DNA of 64,000 bases, taken from the NCBI GenBank assembly GCA_965153285.1, contig OZ229116.1; one strand, written 5' to 3'. The position numbers and the translations under genes were made by a program. This document shows positions 25,976 through 39,003 of this stretch, in pieces. Source of the DNA: Podarcis tiliguerta (taxonomy: Eukaryota). The notes under the pieces are model-generated. The model was not told the DNA's origin, searched no databases, and saw nothing but the letters and a program-made list of their open reading frames with translations. How positions within the stretch are numbered: position 1 is the stretch's first letter; each line of letters opens with the position of its first letter.

Positions 25976-27089
25976 TATAGGAAAACAAAACGGTTTTGAG
26001 TTATTTGTTGGTAGTGAAGACAAAGTGAAAAAAGAGGGTCAAAGGGTTTAAAAAGTGGCTGAATACCAATAAAATAAAATAAAATGCCAATCTAAGGAGG
26101 GGGGGACCTTCTAGGCCATAAAGGGAATCAGCAGCAGTGGGCGGGGGGGGGTTTAACAAAATCCAGGCCTGAGCTGCCATAATCTGAAAGAATATCTCTC
26201 TTTTGTGGGCTATAACTCTGGTCCATTATGTTGACCAGCTGTTTGGTGCTGAGATGCTGTCCCAGCCAAATAGAGGACAGCCTGTTGACCGAACTCAGTA
26301 GAATGGCAACACAAGCTGTAAGACTTGGTGTTCCATACTTGCACTCCTCCCGGCAGGTGCAAGAACATTTGGGCCTAATTTTTCCTATTGAAATCAATGG
26401 GACATTTCAGTTAAAAGAACCAACAACAACAAAAACCACAGAGCTTTCCCCTAAAATGTTAAGCTGATACATTTCGTTATTGTCTTTCTTTTCTTTATCA
26501 TGACTGACAGCTTTGCCATCTTTATCTAGTAACTGGCTCACTGGAATAACTTTTATTTCCTCTCGATATGCCTAAACATTTCTTATCTCTGCTGGCCACA
26601 GATGTCTCACTGATATTTTTAGCTCTTCTTATCAGTTGTCTGGCAGGTAGGAAGTGCAATTTTTACCCAATTTTATCATGCATTTTATCTCTCTCCCTTT
26701 GTAGTAGTATTTATAGGTTACTTAGCTATTTTGTGTCTTAGTCAGTGTGAATAAAAGCACCAAGGTTTTTTAAACCTCAGTTTAATTATCCTGAGGGAAA
26801 ATTCACAGCCCTGCAGAGGAGCTGAAAGCTTGCAGATGCTGTTACATGCACCTTGAATTGCCAGCAGTTGTTCTTGTTCTTGGTTGCATAACAATCCCAG
26901 CTGATATATTATTCCCTGCAACTTTACAGGAAGTATCTACTGGTATAATAGCTTATAACTCTGGAAGCAAGATAGGGATATGCCAAAATAAGGGAAATAG
27001 AGGAGGAGAGATTGAGTTAGAATTAGAATCCAAGGGAGCGGGGAAATGAACCAAGAGGTGATTTCCCCCCGCTCTTCATAATATGCACC

Positions 27090-27770
27090 TGTGATAGGAA
27101 TTTTATGGTATTAGATATATGGTAATGTTCATAACTGCACATACATAGATCAACACAGGAAGACCAACCTGGAACCATTTTGATTCCCAAACTGACCAAA
27201 TCCTTTCTCTGCAAGGTTAAACTGGAAAAGCCTCCCCATGTCTCTTTCCTCACAAATCCTGTCTCAAGGATATGTCTGTTTGAATAAGGTGTGAGCCTGT
27301 GACCTGGCCCAGGAAATAAGTATTTTACCACTACAAAAGAATGGCCAGGCTCCCCAGGAAATCCAGTCAAGTAACCTGCCAGACAGGAGATAAACTGTGA
27401 CAGGAGAAAACAACATTTAAATTTCTGTGATGTAGGTGGGATGTATCTGAGGGGTGGTCTTAGGTTACACCCCTTCTGTGATGTATGCATAATGTTTCTG
27501 GGGGTGGTCTTGATCTACAGGATGGGAATTTCAAAAGTCTTTATAAGCCCTTGCACAGCAATTTTGGGGGGTCCTCTTCCTCTCCTGCATGTGAGGGGAG
27601 TACCCTGTTGCAACAGATCAATAAAGATCAGGCTTACTAGCTGCTTTGCTTCTCAATATTCTCTGGTTGGCCTCTGTTATTTTCTCCTACCAATAGGGAA
27701 CCTATGTAAGGACTCTATATGGGCTCTTGGATACCCCAAAAGGGAAAAGGGCATATTTTTATTTACAACA
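27090..27770 (+). mobile_element. Solo ERV-like LTR, 681 bp, sense to GABBR2
   Basis: TGT...ACA ends, 4-bp TSD cacc (27086-27089, 27771-27774), TATAAG at 27542-27547, AATAAA at 27620-27625, duplicated U3 block ctgtgatgta...ggggtggtctt. Confidence 0.85.
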
Positions 27771-29946
27771 CACCCCTCCCTATCTATATAGCAACAAATG
27801 CCCTTGTTCAGATCCTTTGCAAGCCCCAGTTCCAGACTCAAGTCCTAAACAGAAGCACTCCTATCAGGGGTTTGGAATACAGAGACTGTGAAATTTTGCT
27901 ATGGGTTCCCACTTGTTTGCTTATACTCCTGCTCCTCACAGCTCCAGCTCTGGACAGACAGCCAGACAGCAACTTCAACCCCCCTGTTTTCAACTTAAAT
28001 CTCCCTTCCTGTCTTGCTGCTTCACAGACTTCTCATGACTGAGGAATGCTATCTCTCCCCAAATGAAAACAAAGTACAGGCTCCCTACTTTACCTGCGCA
28101 ATTTACTGTTGTGAGCATTCATTGGAGAGAGGGATGCCCTGAGCAGTGATTCACCCAGAAGGGCAGTGGGCAGCCTCCACTGGGTAATTCTGCCTCATTG
28201 GAAGTAACAGGATATTCAGAACTTACCCTGCTGAGGTCATTTTGGAGAAGGCAAAGCAAGAGCAGTTAAGAGTCACAAAGACACAACAGGCAGCCTTCCT
28301 TGTGGGTGGATTCTTTGGGCTCACTGTACCCATTTAAGCAATTAAATGTATTATCACAGCACCTTTCTCTTACTGCACACCAGCATGAATACTTGGGAAT
28401 GAATGTTGTATCCACACTACAGACATTCTGTGCCACTAAAAATATTAAGAACTGAGATCTGACGAGGCGACAAGAATTCTGCAGATTCCTAGACCAAAAG
28501 CAACTTACAACCAAACAAATAGACAATAAACACTGTGATCCAGATTCAAAGTGCTGCTAGATATGCCATATTCCAAACCTTCAGGAATGGCCTCTAGCAC
28601 AGTACAATAAGCTCTAGTCACCAGGGGGTTACAGAGTTGTGAATATGGAGGCCTTGTCATGTTTGTGCCTTACATAACCAACATGTTTAAGTCTAATTGT
28701 TGCATGAAAGGGGTTAAGACCATAAAGTAAGTTGCCCCGCCTTACCTTGGGAGGAACTATTGATTTCTCCCGGTCTACCTGAGAAGCTCAGTGTGTAAAG
28801 ACGTCTGAGCTGATTGCTCCAAGCTCAGACTGCATGGCTCTAATAAGCCTCTCTTTGAGTTCCTATACCAATAATTTAGGAACATTCACCACTGTAACTA
28901 AGTCAAGTTTCGCTGCTTGTGCAACCTTTTCTGAACGTTCTATGGAAAGCATCAATCTGACCTTTGGAGAGTAAGTAGGGGAAGAAAATGTAGAAACAGA
29001 TCGTTTAGAGGTCTAACAGCCTATATTTCCATGCTTTACTTTGCTGCATATGTTGTGAATTTAAATCTCTGGTGGGGTACTCACACCAAAGAGTACTTGC
29101 CCCAAACCTGGATCTTGGCATTCAGGGAATTTTCTTTTATATATATATATGTTCCTTACCACCAGCAATGCACTCAGAAGTACTTATACACACTAAACAA
29201 ATCCCAGGTAAACTGGGTTCCTAGTTCTGTGGCTTAGGAACAAGATGTCAGGATCAAAACCCTTAGCTAGATCAATTTAGCAATGTAGTTTTAGTGCCTT
29301 GTGGTTTTAGTGCAGTTGTTGCCTGACTAGCTGTAATGACATACCTAGCAAGCCTGCATAGGCTTGCATTGGAGCTTTTCAGATGGTGGCCTATTACTTT
29401 AGCTTTAGGCTGTTCTTGGGGTTTTGCTTGTTCTTTATTCCTCCGTCACTTTAGAATCCTGCCTCTTTGCTTGGTTAGCCCTTCTTGGAGATTTGAAATG
29501 GTTGTCAGGACTACTGCTTGGCTTGCTTGTATGTTGAATTTTCTTGTACTGGCTTGGGAACCCCATGATAGGCACACAGTTTTGGGGTTTCCTTCTGGAA
29601 TGCACTCCAGCCATTGGTTTTCAGGACAAGTTTGTCAGCGTTCCCCTGAGACTTGAAGAAATATTAATTAACAGCCAGAAGAATTTTAAATAACATTGGG
29701 GGTAGCGTAATACAGTATAAGCTTGCAGTGATTTGAATTGCAGTAACTGCTCAATATTGTTACCAGCGTTGCTTTAAAATTTTGCCACAACTCTAGCTCC
29801 ATTTAGCTTCTCTGAGTCATTTCATATGCTACCTTGATGGCAGGTACAGCAACAATGCGAGAGACAGAAAGGTAAATATAGCAGCTATTAGAAATGAAGA
29901 ATATGTGAGCTGACATAAACAATCCCATTTGTTTGTTTCTCCACAG

Positions 29947-30027
29947 ACAAAAAGGAAGTGAAGGTGGGAGAATATAATGCTATACTTGATTCACTGGAAA
30001 TGATTAACAACACCATCAAATTCCACG
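29947..30027 (+). CDS. GABBR2: GABBR2 coding exon (exon 9 equivalent), 81 nt, end of Venus-flytrap domain
   Basis: ccacag|AC...CACG|gtaagg. Translates (D)[26 protein letters not shown](G), against human [28 protein letters not shown]. Phase 1-1, in frame with its neighbours. Confidence 0.96.
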
Positions 30028-30611
30028 GTAAGGCAGGAATATTGAAGAGAGGGAAGGAATGATACCATGGCTTTCTGTATAATTTTTATGTCACACGGAA
30101 TGCAGCAAACAGAAATGTTTCACTACTGCCACAGGGTAAAACCGGCTCAGTAATGTAGTATTTAGACTGTGCCGCTTCAGACTGCAGGTTCGTATGCGTG
30201 GAATATTTTGTAATGATCCCACATTTAAAGGAAAAGTTATTCAGTACATCAGGCATAGGCCTCTCCACGAGAGAGAGGCATGCTGGGAGCTTCTTATGTA
30301 AAGGAACATTAAAATTTTTGTCACCTATAGGCTGAAGTGGTACAGTCCGGAATCTACCACCCCATTCTGTGCAACCAGCAAACCAGCCCTTAAGTACTTT
30401 TAGAGAATCCAGTCCAATAGATGCTGACTAAATTCTGTGCGTAGCACTTGTGCTTAGGTTCAAATCCTTATCACAAAAGGTGCAAGCATAAACTATTACT
30501 CTTGCAAAATATGCATTCACCAGCCTCAGAGCTCCGCCCGCCCCCAGTCTCATGTCCCCCCACTGCAGGGGGGGGCTAGCCGTAAAGGGAAGCATGATGT
30601 TAGATGTATAC

Positions 30612-30747
30612 CAGGCTTCTTCAACCTTGGCCCTCCTTATGTTTTTGGCCTACAACTCCCATGATCCCTAGCTAGCAGGGCCAGTGGTCAGGGATGATGG
30701 GAACTGTAGTCCCAAAACATTTGGAGGGCCGAGGTTGAAGAAGCCTG
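30612..30747. mobile_element. Palindromic hAT MITE, same family as 23810-23945
   Basis: TIR caggcttcttcaacct / aggttgaagaagcctg. TSD atgtatac / gtgtatac. Confidence 0.88.
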
Positions 30748-31195
30748 GTGTATACTCACAAGCACATTTATATTAAACACTCAGCATTTAAAAGAGTTTG
30801 CTTACATTATGGTGCTGGTTATATCCTGGTTATGATGCACAAAGCCCTATACAGCTTGGGTCCAGGCTGCCTGAAGGACCTGTCTGACTTTGAGCTCAGC
30901 CCCACCACACAACACAGGTATGTTTGGTGAGGTCTGTGGAACTCCCTTCCACAGGGGAGGCAGGTCTGGCCGCCTCTGCTTTCCCTCCTTGTTCAGACAG
31001 CCCTGGGAGCACTCATTGGCTGTTGGGGCAGGGTTTCCTGAAAGTAGGTGTTTGTGCTCTCGGCTCCTTTTAAACGGTTTTTGGTGTTTTCCGTGTTGGT
31101 TTCAGTGGGAGTTACTTGTCTCATTCTTAATTATTTATATCGATTGTGTGTGTTTTTAGCTGTGTTTGTTTTAATTCATTCTATGAGCTGGGAGA

Positions 31196-31546
31196 GGGAT
31201 GCGGGTGGCGCTGTGGGTTAAACCACAGAGCCTAGGACTTGCCGATCAGAAGGTCGGCGGTTCGAATTCCCGTGACGGGGTGAGCTCCTGTTGCTCGGTC
31301 CCTGATCCTGCCAACCTAGCAGTTCGAAAGCACATCAAAGTGCAAGTAGATAAATAGGTACCACTCTGGCGGGAAGGTAAACAGCGTTTCCGTGCCCTGC
31401 TCTGATTTCGCCAGAATTGGCTTAGTCATGCTGGCCACATGACCCGGAAGCTGTACGCTGGCTCCTTTGGCCAATAAAGCAAGATGAGCGCCGGAACCCC
31501 AGAGTCAGTCACGACTGGACCTAATGGTCAGGGGTCCCTTTACCTT
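31196..31546 (+). mobile_element. Sauria SINE, full length, intron 9
   Basis: Perfect 14-bp TSD tatgagctgggaga. Confidence 0.93.
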
Positions 31547-32020
31547 TATGAGCTGGGAGAAAGGTGGGATGTAGACAGAAAAAAAAACCCCAATATTTAA
31601 AGGGTTGCCCACATGGGATAGGTGTACGTTAATATTTTACCCATCCACCCACGTTTCAGATGGAAAAAAATTAAACCAAAAAAATAGTGGGTTGCCTATG
31701 TCACACTTGAGTCCATGGCAGAGAACAGATTTGAACTGGTGCCCTCCTAGTTCACAGGACAGCATTTTAGCCACTAACACCAGCCTGTGGGAGATGGCTC
31801 CTGTGTGGTTCCTGATGGTTGCACAGAACCTAGTTTGTATGCAGCTTTTTCTGCTATAGCAGCACTATGGGAGGAGCCGTACTGCCACAACCTCTTTCCT
31901 ATTTAAATACTAATGGTGCGTCAGGCATTGAAATTTGTCCTTTGAGGGTCTGGCCCTACCATGCAAAAATGGTGTCACTGTCATTTCATCCATGCCATCT
32001 ACTATTTCGTTAGACTAAAT

Positions 32021-32300
32021 CAGGCACATCCAACAGGTAGATCGTGAGCTCCCGGTAGATCACTGGATGTCTGCGGTAGATCACTTGTAGATCACTGGCT
32101 CCCCCAAAGAAGCTCAACAAGTTTGTCTCTCCGAAGAAAAGCTCAACATTTTTGCCCTGAACTCCTAAAAAACTGGGCTTTCCTCCTCCCCAAAAATACC
32201 TCAACCAATTGGACCTGAACCCCTCAAAACAGGGGGTTGAATATTGCCAGTTTATAACTCTGTGAGTAGATCACAGTCTCTTGGGAATTGGCCACCCCTC
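32021..32300. mobile_element. Non-autonomous hAT element with gtagatc subterminal repeats
   Basis: Perfect 8-bp TSD gactaaat. Ends are caggcacatccaac and attggccacccctc. Confidence 0.82.
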
Positions 32301-32783
32301 GACTAAATAAAGTAATCATTTGAACCACATGACTTTTACCCAGTAAGGTTGCCATGGCAATTGTCATTCTCTGGAATAATTTAAAAAATGAAATACATAT
32401 ATGTCCACAAGCAACCGAGAATACTTAGGTCATTTCTCAGTGGTTGAGCACATACATGTATTTTGCATATTTCCCATGTTTTGCCTCTGACATCTCTAGT
32501 TGAAGGATTTGAGGTGGTGATAATCCTGCTGTCCTGCTGAGCTGTATCTTTTCTGCACATAAATAATGTGGAGCAGAATATGTGTTGCTATACTTCATAT
32601 TGTTTTGTAAAGGCTGCAGTACATCACTTTGGTAGATAAAGGTAACTTTAAAGGACCTCAGTAAAATTAATTTATAGAAATCGAATGGCAATAGGGTTTG
32701 GTTTTGCTGTTATTATTATTGGCTGTGGTTTATTTCTCACAAGGGTATAATGTTGACTCTTTCTTTTCTTGCCGACATTTCAG

Positions 32784-32934
32784 GGAAAGAACCACCTAAG
32801 GACAGAACAATTATCCAAAAGCAACTTCGCAAGATCTCCCTGCCTCTTTACAGTATTCTTTCAGCCCTCACGATCCTGGGAATGATAATGGCCAGTGCTT
32901 TTTTGTTCTTTAACATCAAAAACCGAAATCAGAA
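32784..32934 (+). CDS. GABBR2: GABBR2 coding exon (exon 10 equivalent), 151 nt, stalk plus TM1
   Basis: tttcag|GG...CAGAA|gtaagc. Translates (G)[49 protein letters not shown](K). Confidence 0.98.
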
Positions 32935-34136
32935 GTAAGCAGCTACATATTGCCCTGTTCCCTTCCCCCTCTCCATTGTCTCGCTTGTGAGTCCTTTTAA
33001 TAAGGCAATTGTCATTAAGAGATCACGTGGTCGGTATTTGCAAAGTTAATTGGAATGATCCATTCAAAGTTACTCACTACTTAAGACTGCAGTATATTGC
33101 ATTTCCAGGGGAGGCTGTCTAACTGAACTCTGCGGGACTTACTTTCAAGTAAACATGCAGTTGATCGGAGTGGATGTCTTTTTTATTTCAGAGAAAGAAC
33201 TAAGCACATACTTAAATCTCTTCTTACAAAACTGATGTATCATAGAAGCGCTTACCTTTGTTTGGATCATGCCCAATTTTTAATTTTTTTATTTTAAAAA
33301 TTCTGCTTAATTGATGTTACTGTACAATATCTTTGTGTCGGAACGTTTTATTAAATCCTTTTATTCTGTTAGATCAAAATTAGTGTTTTCCACTGTGTAT
33401 TATTAGCATAATCCCCAGTTAATTAAACCACTGTGTAACATAAGGAGTTGCTTTAGTGAAGGAGATCAAAGACATTTAACCATAATAATGCTCATCTAAA
33501 CTTATTTATAAAGCAGCACAGAGATTTGCATATTTCTACAATTCTGCACATAAAACTGCTTCAGTTACCTTGCCTAAGATGGTTCATTCTTAAGTTTCAC
33601 CCAGACAGAGCCATTCAGGTGTGCTGAAACAGTGCACCCAGCACCTGCAAATCACTTAGGGGCTGTCCAACCCTTGATATTTTTCTTTTCTGATTTTATT
33701 TTGTGTGTGCATGCATCTTTCCATCCACCAACATCATTTTCTTTTTCCAAATTTGTTTCTCATGGGCATACATTTCAATCTCAGTGTATAAGCCTGAGTT
33801 CCCAGTCCATGAATGAACATAAAGTCTTCTAAATGAATAATTGGAAACATACACAGTTTTTAGAAACAGCAGGTTAATTTTGTTAACATGTGACTGTTTA
33901 TTTGACATTTGGTGACTATGGGTTACACGTATTCTCATGTTCTTGCTGATATTCAGCTTTAATACAATGCATTTATGTTCATTTTTGTTCTCATTGATCT
34001 CCCTTTGGGGGAGGGTATCTCCTCCACCCTGATTCTGTTTTTGTCCTCCCAGCTTTCTTGACCCAGACAGCTATGAAATGAACTACATAGAGTGTTACAG
34101 GACTGGATTTCATAGTGGTTCTTTGTTTGCCTCATC

Positions 34137-34579
34137 TGTTAGGATTGTCCTACACTTGTGTAGGACCCTGGTAGAGACACATGCCCGACTGGCATGTTCT
34201 CTCCCTCCTGGTCGATCGTTCAGGAGCTTCAAAAGCTTTCTTCAGTCCGAACATCACAGCGACTGACACCAAAAGGCAGTAGCACGCTTAGGATCCTGCA
34301 GAGTATTGGCAGTTCGCGTAACAGACTCAATAGCTCAGCATGTTGGCTAAACTACGTTTATTTACGTATAATACACTCAGAGCATTCTGACTTAGCTCCT
34401 TCCTCTTTCTCATCAGACAGCAAAGAGAAAAAGAACAAAGGACAATAGTCCCACTTCACGGAACACAGTAACAAAAAAACTCTGTCACTGTCACTTCCCA
34501 CTCTGTGGAATGAAAACATACACCGTCATGTGATAGACAACAATCTCATGACTGCAAACACGGAGTAAGAATCCTAACA
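34137..34579 (-). mobile_element. Solo LTR, 443 bp, intron 10
   Basis: 10-bp terminal inverted repeat tgttaggatt / aatcctaaca. TSD tcatc / tcctc. Minus-strand AATAAA at 34357-34362. Confidence 0.82.
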
Positions 34580-34847
34580 TCCTCCCCCGATTCATGAACC
34601 GTGTTGTAGTCATCAGTGTAACTGCAACAAACACACAGATGTCATACACATAGTATACCCCTGCATCACCCGTTCCACCCTTGGAACTACCTGCAACTGG
34701 ATAGCCTTGGGCCTTACCATCTTGCACTTATGACTAGTCTTGGCATCATAGCTTTCCTGACTATCAAGAAGTTTCACACCTGGCTAGTAGCTTGACACAG
34801 GTCTTGGGTTGCTTTCTCATGACTGTCTTCTGGTCTTCTGTCCACAG

Positions 34848-34980
34848 GTTGATAAAGATGTCCAGTCCCTACATGAACAACCTCATAATTCTTGGAGGGA
34901 TGCTCTCCTATGCATCGATATTCCTTTTTGGCCTTGATGGATCTTTTGTCTCCGAAAAGACGTTTGAGACGCTTTGTACC
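34848..34980 (+). CDS. GABBR2: GABBR2 coding exon (exon 11 equivalent), 133 nt, ICL1-TM2-ECL1
   Basis: ccacag|G...ACC|gtaagt. Translates [44 protein letters not shown]. Confidence 0.98.
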
Positions 34981-35284
34981 GTAAGTCACTCTGAAACGTT
35001 TTAACAGACATGCTGTTGTTCATGCTTTGCATGACACAAGGCATCCCGCATACTGTGCTCTGGTTTTGGTACTGTTAATCTGCACAAAATAGGCTTTCGG
35101 TCTTGGGAGGGAACAGGATTCTTTTTGAGCCAGTCAGCCACAATACTGAGATATATGGAGCACTTGCATGAGTTTTCAGTGAATGTTTAAACTCACAGTT
35201 TTGAAGTTTAGGTGTGGTATTTAGGGAGGGGAGGATTCTGTGTCAAGAAGATGGTGATCAGGTATTTTCTCCAATGATCTAAGT

Positions 35285-35487
35285 CAGGCATGTCCAAAGT
35301 CTGTTTTTGGGGCCTAATCCGGCCTGCCAGACAGTTTAATCTGGCCTCAATCCTAAAAAAAGCTCAACAAATTTGGGGTAAAATCATTTAAAAAGCTCAA
35401 CTTCAATCTTTAAAAAAGTCGCCCATTTGGTCGGCCCTTCACTTCATCAAATCTGGCCCTCTTTGGAAAAAAGTTTGGACACCCCTT
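35285..35487. mobile_element. hAT (Charlie-like) MITE
   Basis: caggcatgtccaaa / tttggacacccctt. TSD atctaagt / atctaagc. Confidence 0.82.
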
Positions 35488-37097
35488 ATCTAAGCAATCT
35501 CACATTCTGCTCAAACTTTCTCATACTGAGGAAGGGAAGTTGGTTAAACATTTGATTGAGCAGAAAGCTGATGTGACCCTGACAAGCTTGCTTCAGACTT
35601 TCGTTTTCTGACCTCTTTCAACCTGGCCTAGTTTCAGGATGTGTGCGAACATAATGGGCCCAGAGGTATAAGAAGTTCAGGGTATGTTTTTATCTCCATG
35701 TCCTGTCTCCTAGTCCTCTCACTGGCTTGATATGGTAGATCAATGCATTTTGGTGAAAATCTGGAGTATGACTCCATTGTGTGACTAAAGTATGTTGTTG
35801 AGTAAATCCGTCTTATTAAAATAAGCCACCATTAAGACCAAATATAATTGCTGCATTTTGAAATTTGAATACTTTACAGTAACCAGTGTCTAATTAAGGA
35901 CAACTGGTCAATTCAACATTGCTAATATATTGTACATCAACCTAGAGTCGAAAGAGGAGATGGCCAACAGCTTGAAATTTCAGCCACAATACCTGCGTTA
36001 AGACCAACTTGAAAGCAGTGGACCAGCTTTTTAAGTTTCAAATAACTCTTTGTCTGAGTAATGACTCCTCCCTTTTTATGAATCTAAAAGCCAATCTCCA
36101 GCACTAATCAGAACTCATGGGGCCCTTGTAAGACAGACAGCAGAAGTAAAGAAAAATGTGATTTTAGCAAAGTTGAGGAATGGAGAATTTGCTAACTATA
36201 GAGCCATATCACCTAGTAGTTGTGGGGCATGGTTTCTTCCCACACCAAAATAATGTCTTGAAACTTTGCACTTTGTCTAAGTAAACTGAGAGTCCTTTTA
36301 TGGTGGGGGTGACATTGCCTGAGGAATGTTTCCTAAGTTACTTATGGGGGGGGGAGGGAATCCTGGAAGATATTAGTATATCATAGGCCATACATAATCT
36401 AGGGACTTGAGTGATCAGGAACAAAGTGGAGGAGGGAAAATGAAGGGCATCATTTAAAAGCATGGGAAATATGAGAAGACTGTCTAAATTGACAGAATAT
36501 TCAGTCCATGGCTCCTCTGTTAGTATAAATTAGCAAACTATGCTTGAATTTAATGTATACATATGCCTTAAGTATCTTTTTATAAAATCTTTCAAACCAA
36601 TTCGGTGGGGGAAAATACATTAAGTGCAAAGTTTAAAAGTTGGCACAGTTAAAGTGCCTATGAAATGCTAGCACCCAAATGCCAAAACAAAGCAATTAAT
36701 GCCCTCAATGACCACAACCCTATACTCAGTGTGTCATGAAATTCCAAAAGGAACTGAGGACTCTACATATTCGAAAGAGGACACCTTCCTAACCATCAGG
36801 AGAATGTGGAAATATTAAGTATGCTTTATATTTGTGGGTAGGAGAGAGGAAATTAGATATCATATATTCATATAATATAATTTGTGGGCTTTAAATATGG
36901 CACACTGAAATAATGGTTTTTATAACTTCTAGTTTGGGTGCATAGTTAAATGGTAGCTGCTGAATATCCAATTTGCATTCTCTTGCTTTTGGGTAGTGGT
37001 CATTAAATTTTTTTCTTAACTTTAATATTAGTTCTGTACTTGAAGGAGAAGTTGTTGGTGTTTTTTTTGAGGGGGGAGAAGGTTGCTGTTGATTATA

Positions 37098-37339
37098 CAG
37101 TGGTACCTCAGGTTAAGTACTTAATTCGGTCTGGAGGTCCGTTCTTTACCTGAAAGTGTTCTTAACCTGAAGCACTACTTTAGCTAATGGGGCCTCCTGC
37201 TGCTGCCCCGCCACCAGAGCACAATTTCTGTTCTCATCCTGAAGCAAAGTTCTTAACCCGAGGTACTATTTCTGGGTTAGCGGAGTCTGTAACCTGAAGC
37301 GTATGTAACCTGAAGCGTATGTAACCCGAAGTACCACTG
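37098..37339. mobile_element. Tigger-like MITE, complete
   Basis: ta|cagtggtacctcaggtta ... taacccgaagtaccactg|ta, with internal taacctgaag repeats. Confidence 0.9.
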
Positions 37340-38499
37340 TACATGAACGACACTTGATATATCTGCCTTTGCAAAGCAATGTCTATTGAGATATTTGGTC
37401 ATATTATGACTCTCTCAGCTGAAAACGCCCTGCATAGCTAGGATTATAATGGCAATCATTATAACAAGATGACTTGGTTTCTTTGTACAGCTCTTCCGCT
37501 GTTTGAACAGCACAATACAAAACATTTAACATTCCGCAGAAGACATAGCCCAACCACTAAAATCTTATTTGGCTTTTGAGCATATCTTTGCAGTTATAAG
37601 TACTAGAAGCTTGTTCTTTTCTTTTCTCTTTTGAGATGAAACTTGAGATCCCCAGGAAGCTCAATTCTGTGCTCTTTCTACAGCTCTGGAAAACAGCAGT
37701 ATGCCCACAACAATGCTTATTTGTTTGTCTTTGTCCTCTACTGTATCATGCTTAGCCTCACATCCTTCATAAATGAGCATTCGGTGGTTATTGTTAATGT
37801 ATTCTGTCTTGGATTATAAACTTAGGCTGCAGTTGGGTAATCAATTTAACTATGTACATTACAGCAGGCATGCATTAAGGAGAAGAGCCTGCTAATCTTG
37901 TATGGTCATCCATTGAATTCCCACGAAAACTCTTTTTGCTTCCTTGCCATCACTGGTGGCCTACCTTTGAGTTGATGGTTCTCGCATCGTGTAAGCTTCC
38001 TTTGCACCAGTCAGGCACAGCCTCATTGGGGGTGGAGGGAATGAAGTAGCTTTGTGAATTAAACAGGGTTTACTGCTGCAACAGGAACCAGAGATGGAAT
38101 TGTAGTCGTACCCATCGTTTGTGTGTGTCTTCTGCCCTGCTGCTCCTTCCCCTCAACTCAGGAGGCTCCTGTGTTCAAGGGATGATATACTGGGAAATTA
38201 CAACATGTTTCCTTCTAAGCAACCCCAATGCTATCATTTGAAAATCAGTGTCTTAAGGGTCTGATATAATTCAAGGAGAAAGAGACAGATGTTCATTCAG
38301 CCTGGCATGGCAATGACCAATCTAAAGCATCTATCCTCATGATGAAGAGAACCTTCTCTTCTAGTTGAGAAAGTAGCTGCTGCCATGGAGCCACCATGTT
38401 GAGTTCTCACTCAGGAGCAACTTATGCTTGAGGCAGATAAGGAGACAACCAAATTTTCATGGCTTATTTAATCCTGTTGGATTTAGGAATGGTCTTTGA

Positions 38500-38905
38500 G
38501 TACGTTTCAGGGCACAATTCAAAGTGTTGGTGCTGACTTTTAAAGCCCTAAACGGCCTCAACCCAGTATACCTGAAGGAGCGTCTCCACCCCCATCGTTC
38601 ACGGAGGTCCAGCGCCAAGGGCCTTCTGGCAGTACCCTCACTGCGAGAAGTGAAGTTACAGGGAACCAGGCAGAGGGCCTTCTCTGTAGTGGTGCCCACT
38701 CTGTGGAACGCCCTCCCATCATATGTCAAGGAAATAAACAACTATCTGACTTTTAGAAGACATCTGAAAGCAGCCCTGTTTAGGGAAGTTTTTAATGTTT
38801 AAAGTTTTATTCTTTTTTTAATGTTTTGTTGAAAGCCTCCCAGAGTGGCTGGGGAAACCTAGCCAGATGGGCAGGGTAGAAATATCATCATCATCATCAT
38901 CATTA
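38500..38905 (+). mobile_element. L2 LINE 3' end with (ATC)n tail
   Basis: RAQFKVLVLTFKALNGLNPVYLKERL...RAFSVVVPTLWNALP...FRRHLKAALFREVF, then 3'UTR and tail. Confidence 0.9.
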
Positions 38906-39003
38906 TGTGTACACAGTTTGACATTTTGCTGTGTCACTGCAAATGCTTACATCCTCACTATCACCAACTCACCAGTTTGTAATGCAATCTACTCTTAGGC
39001 CGT

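Noticed and set aside
35028-35170. Two TGCATG (RBFOX) motifs downstream of exon 11
   Set aside because: The hexamer is common across the window and exon 11 is structurally essential. There is no support without conservation data.
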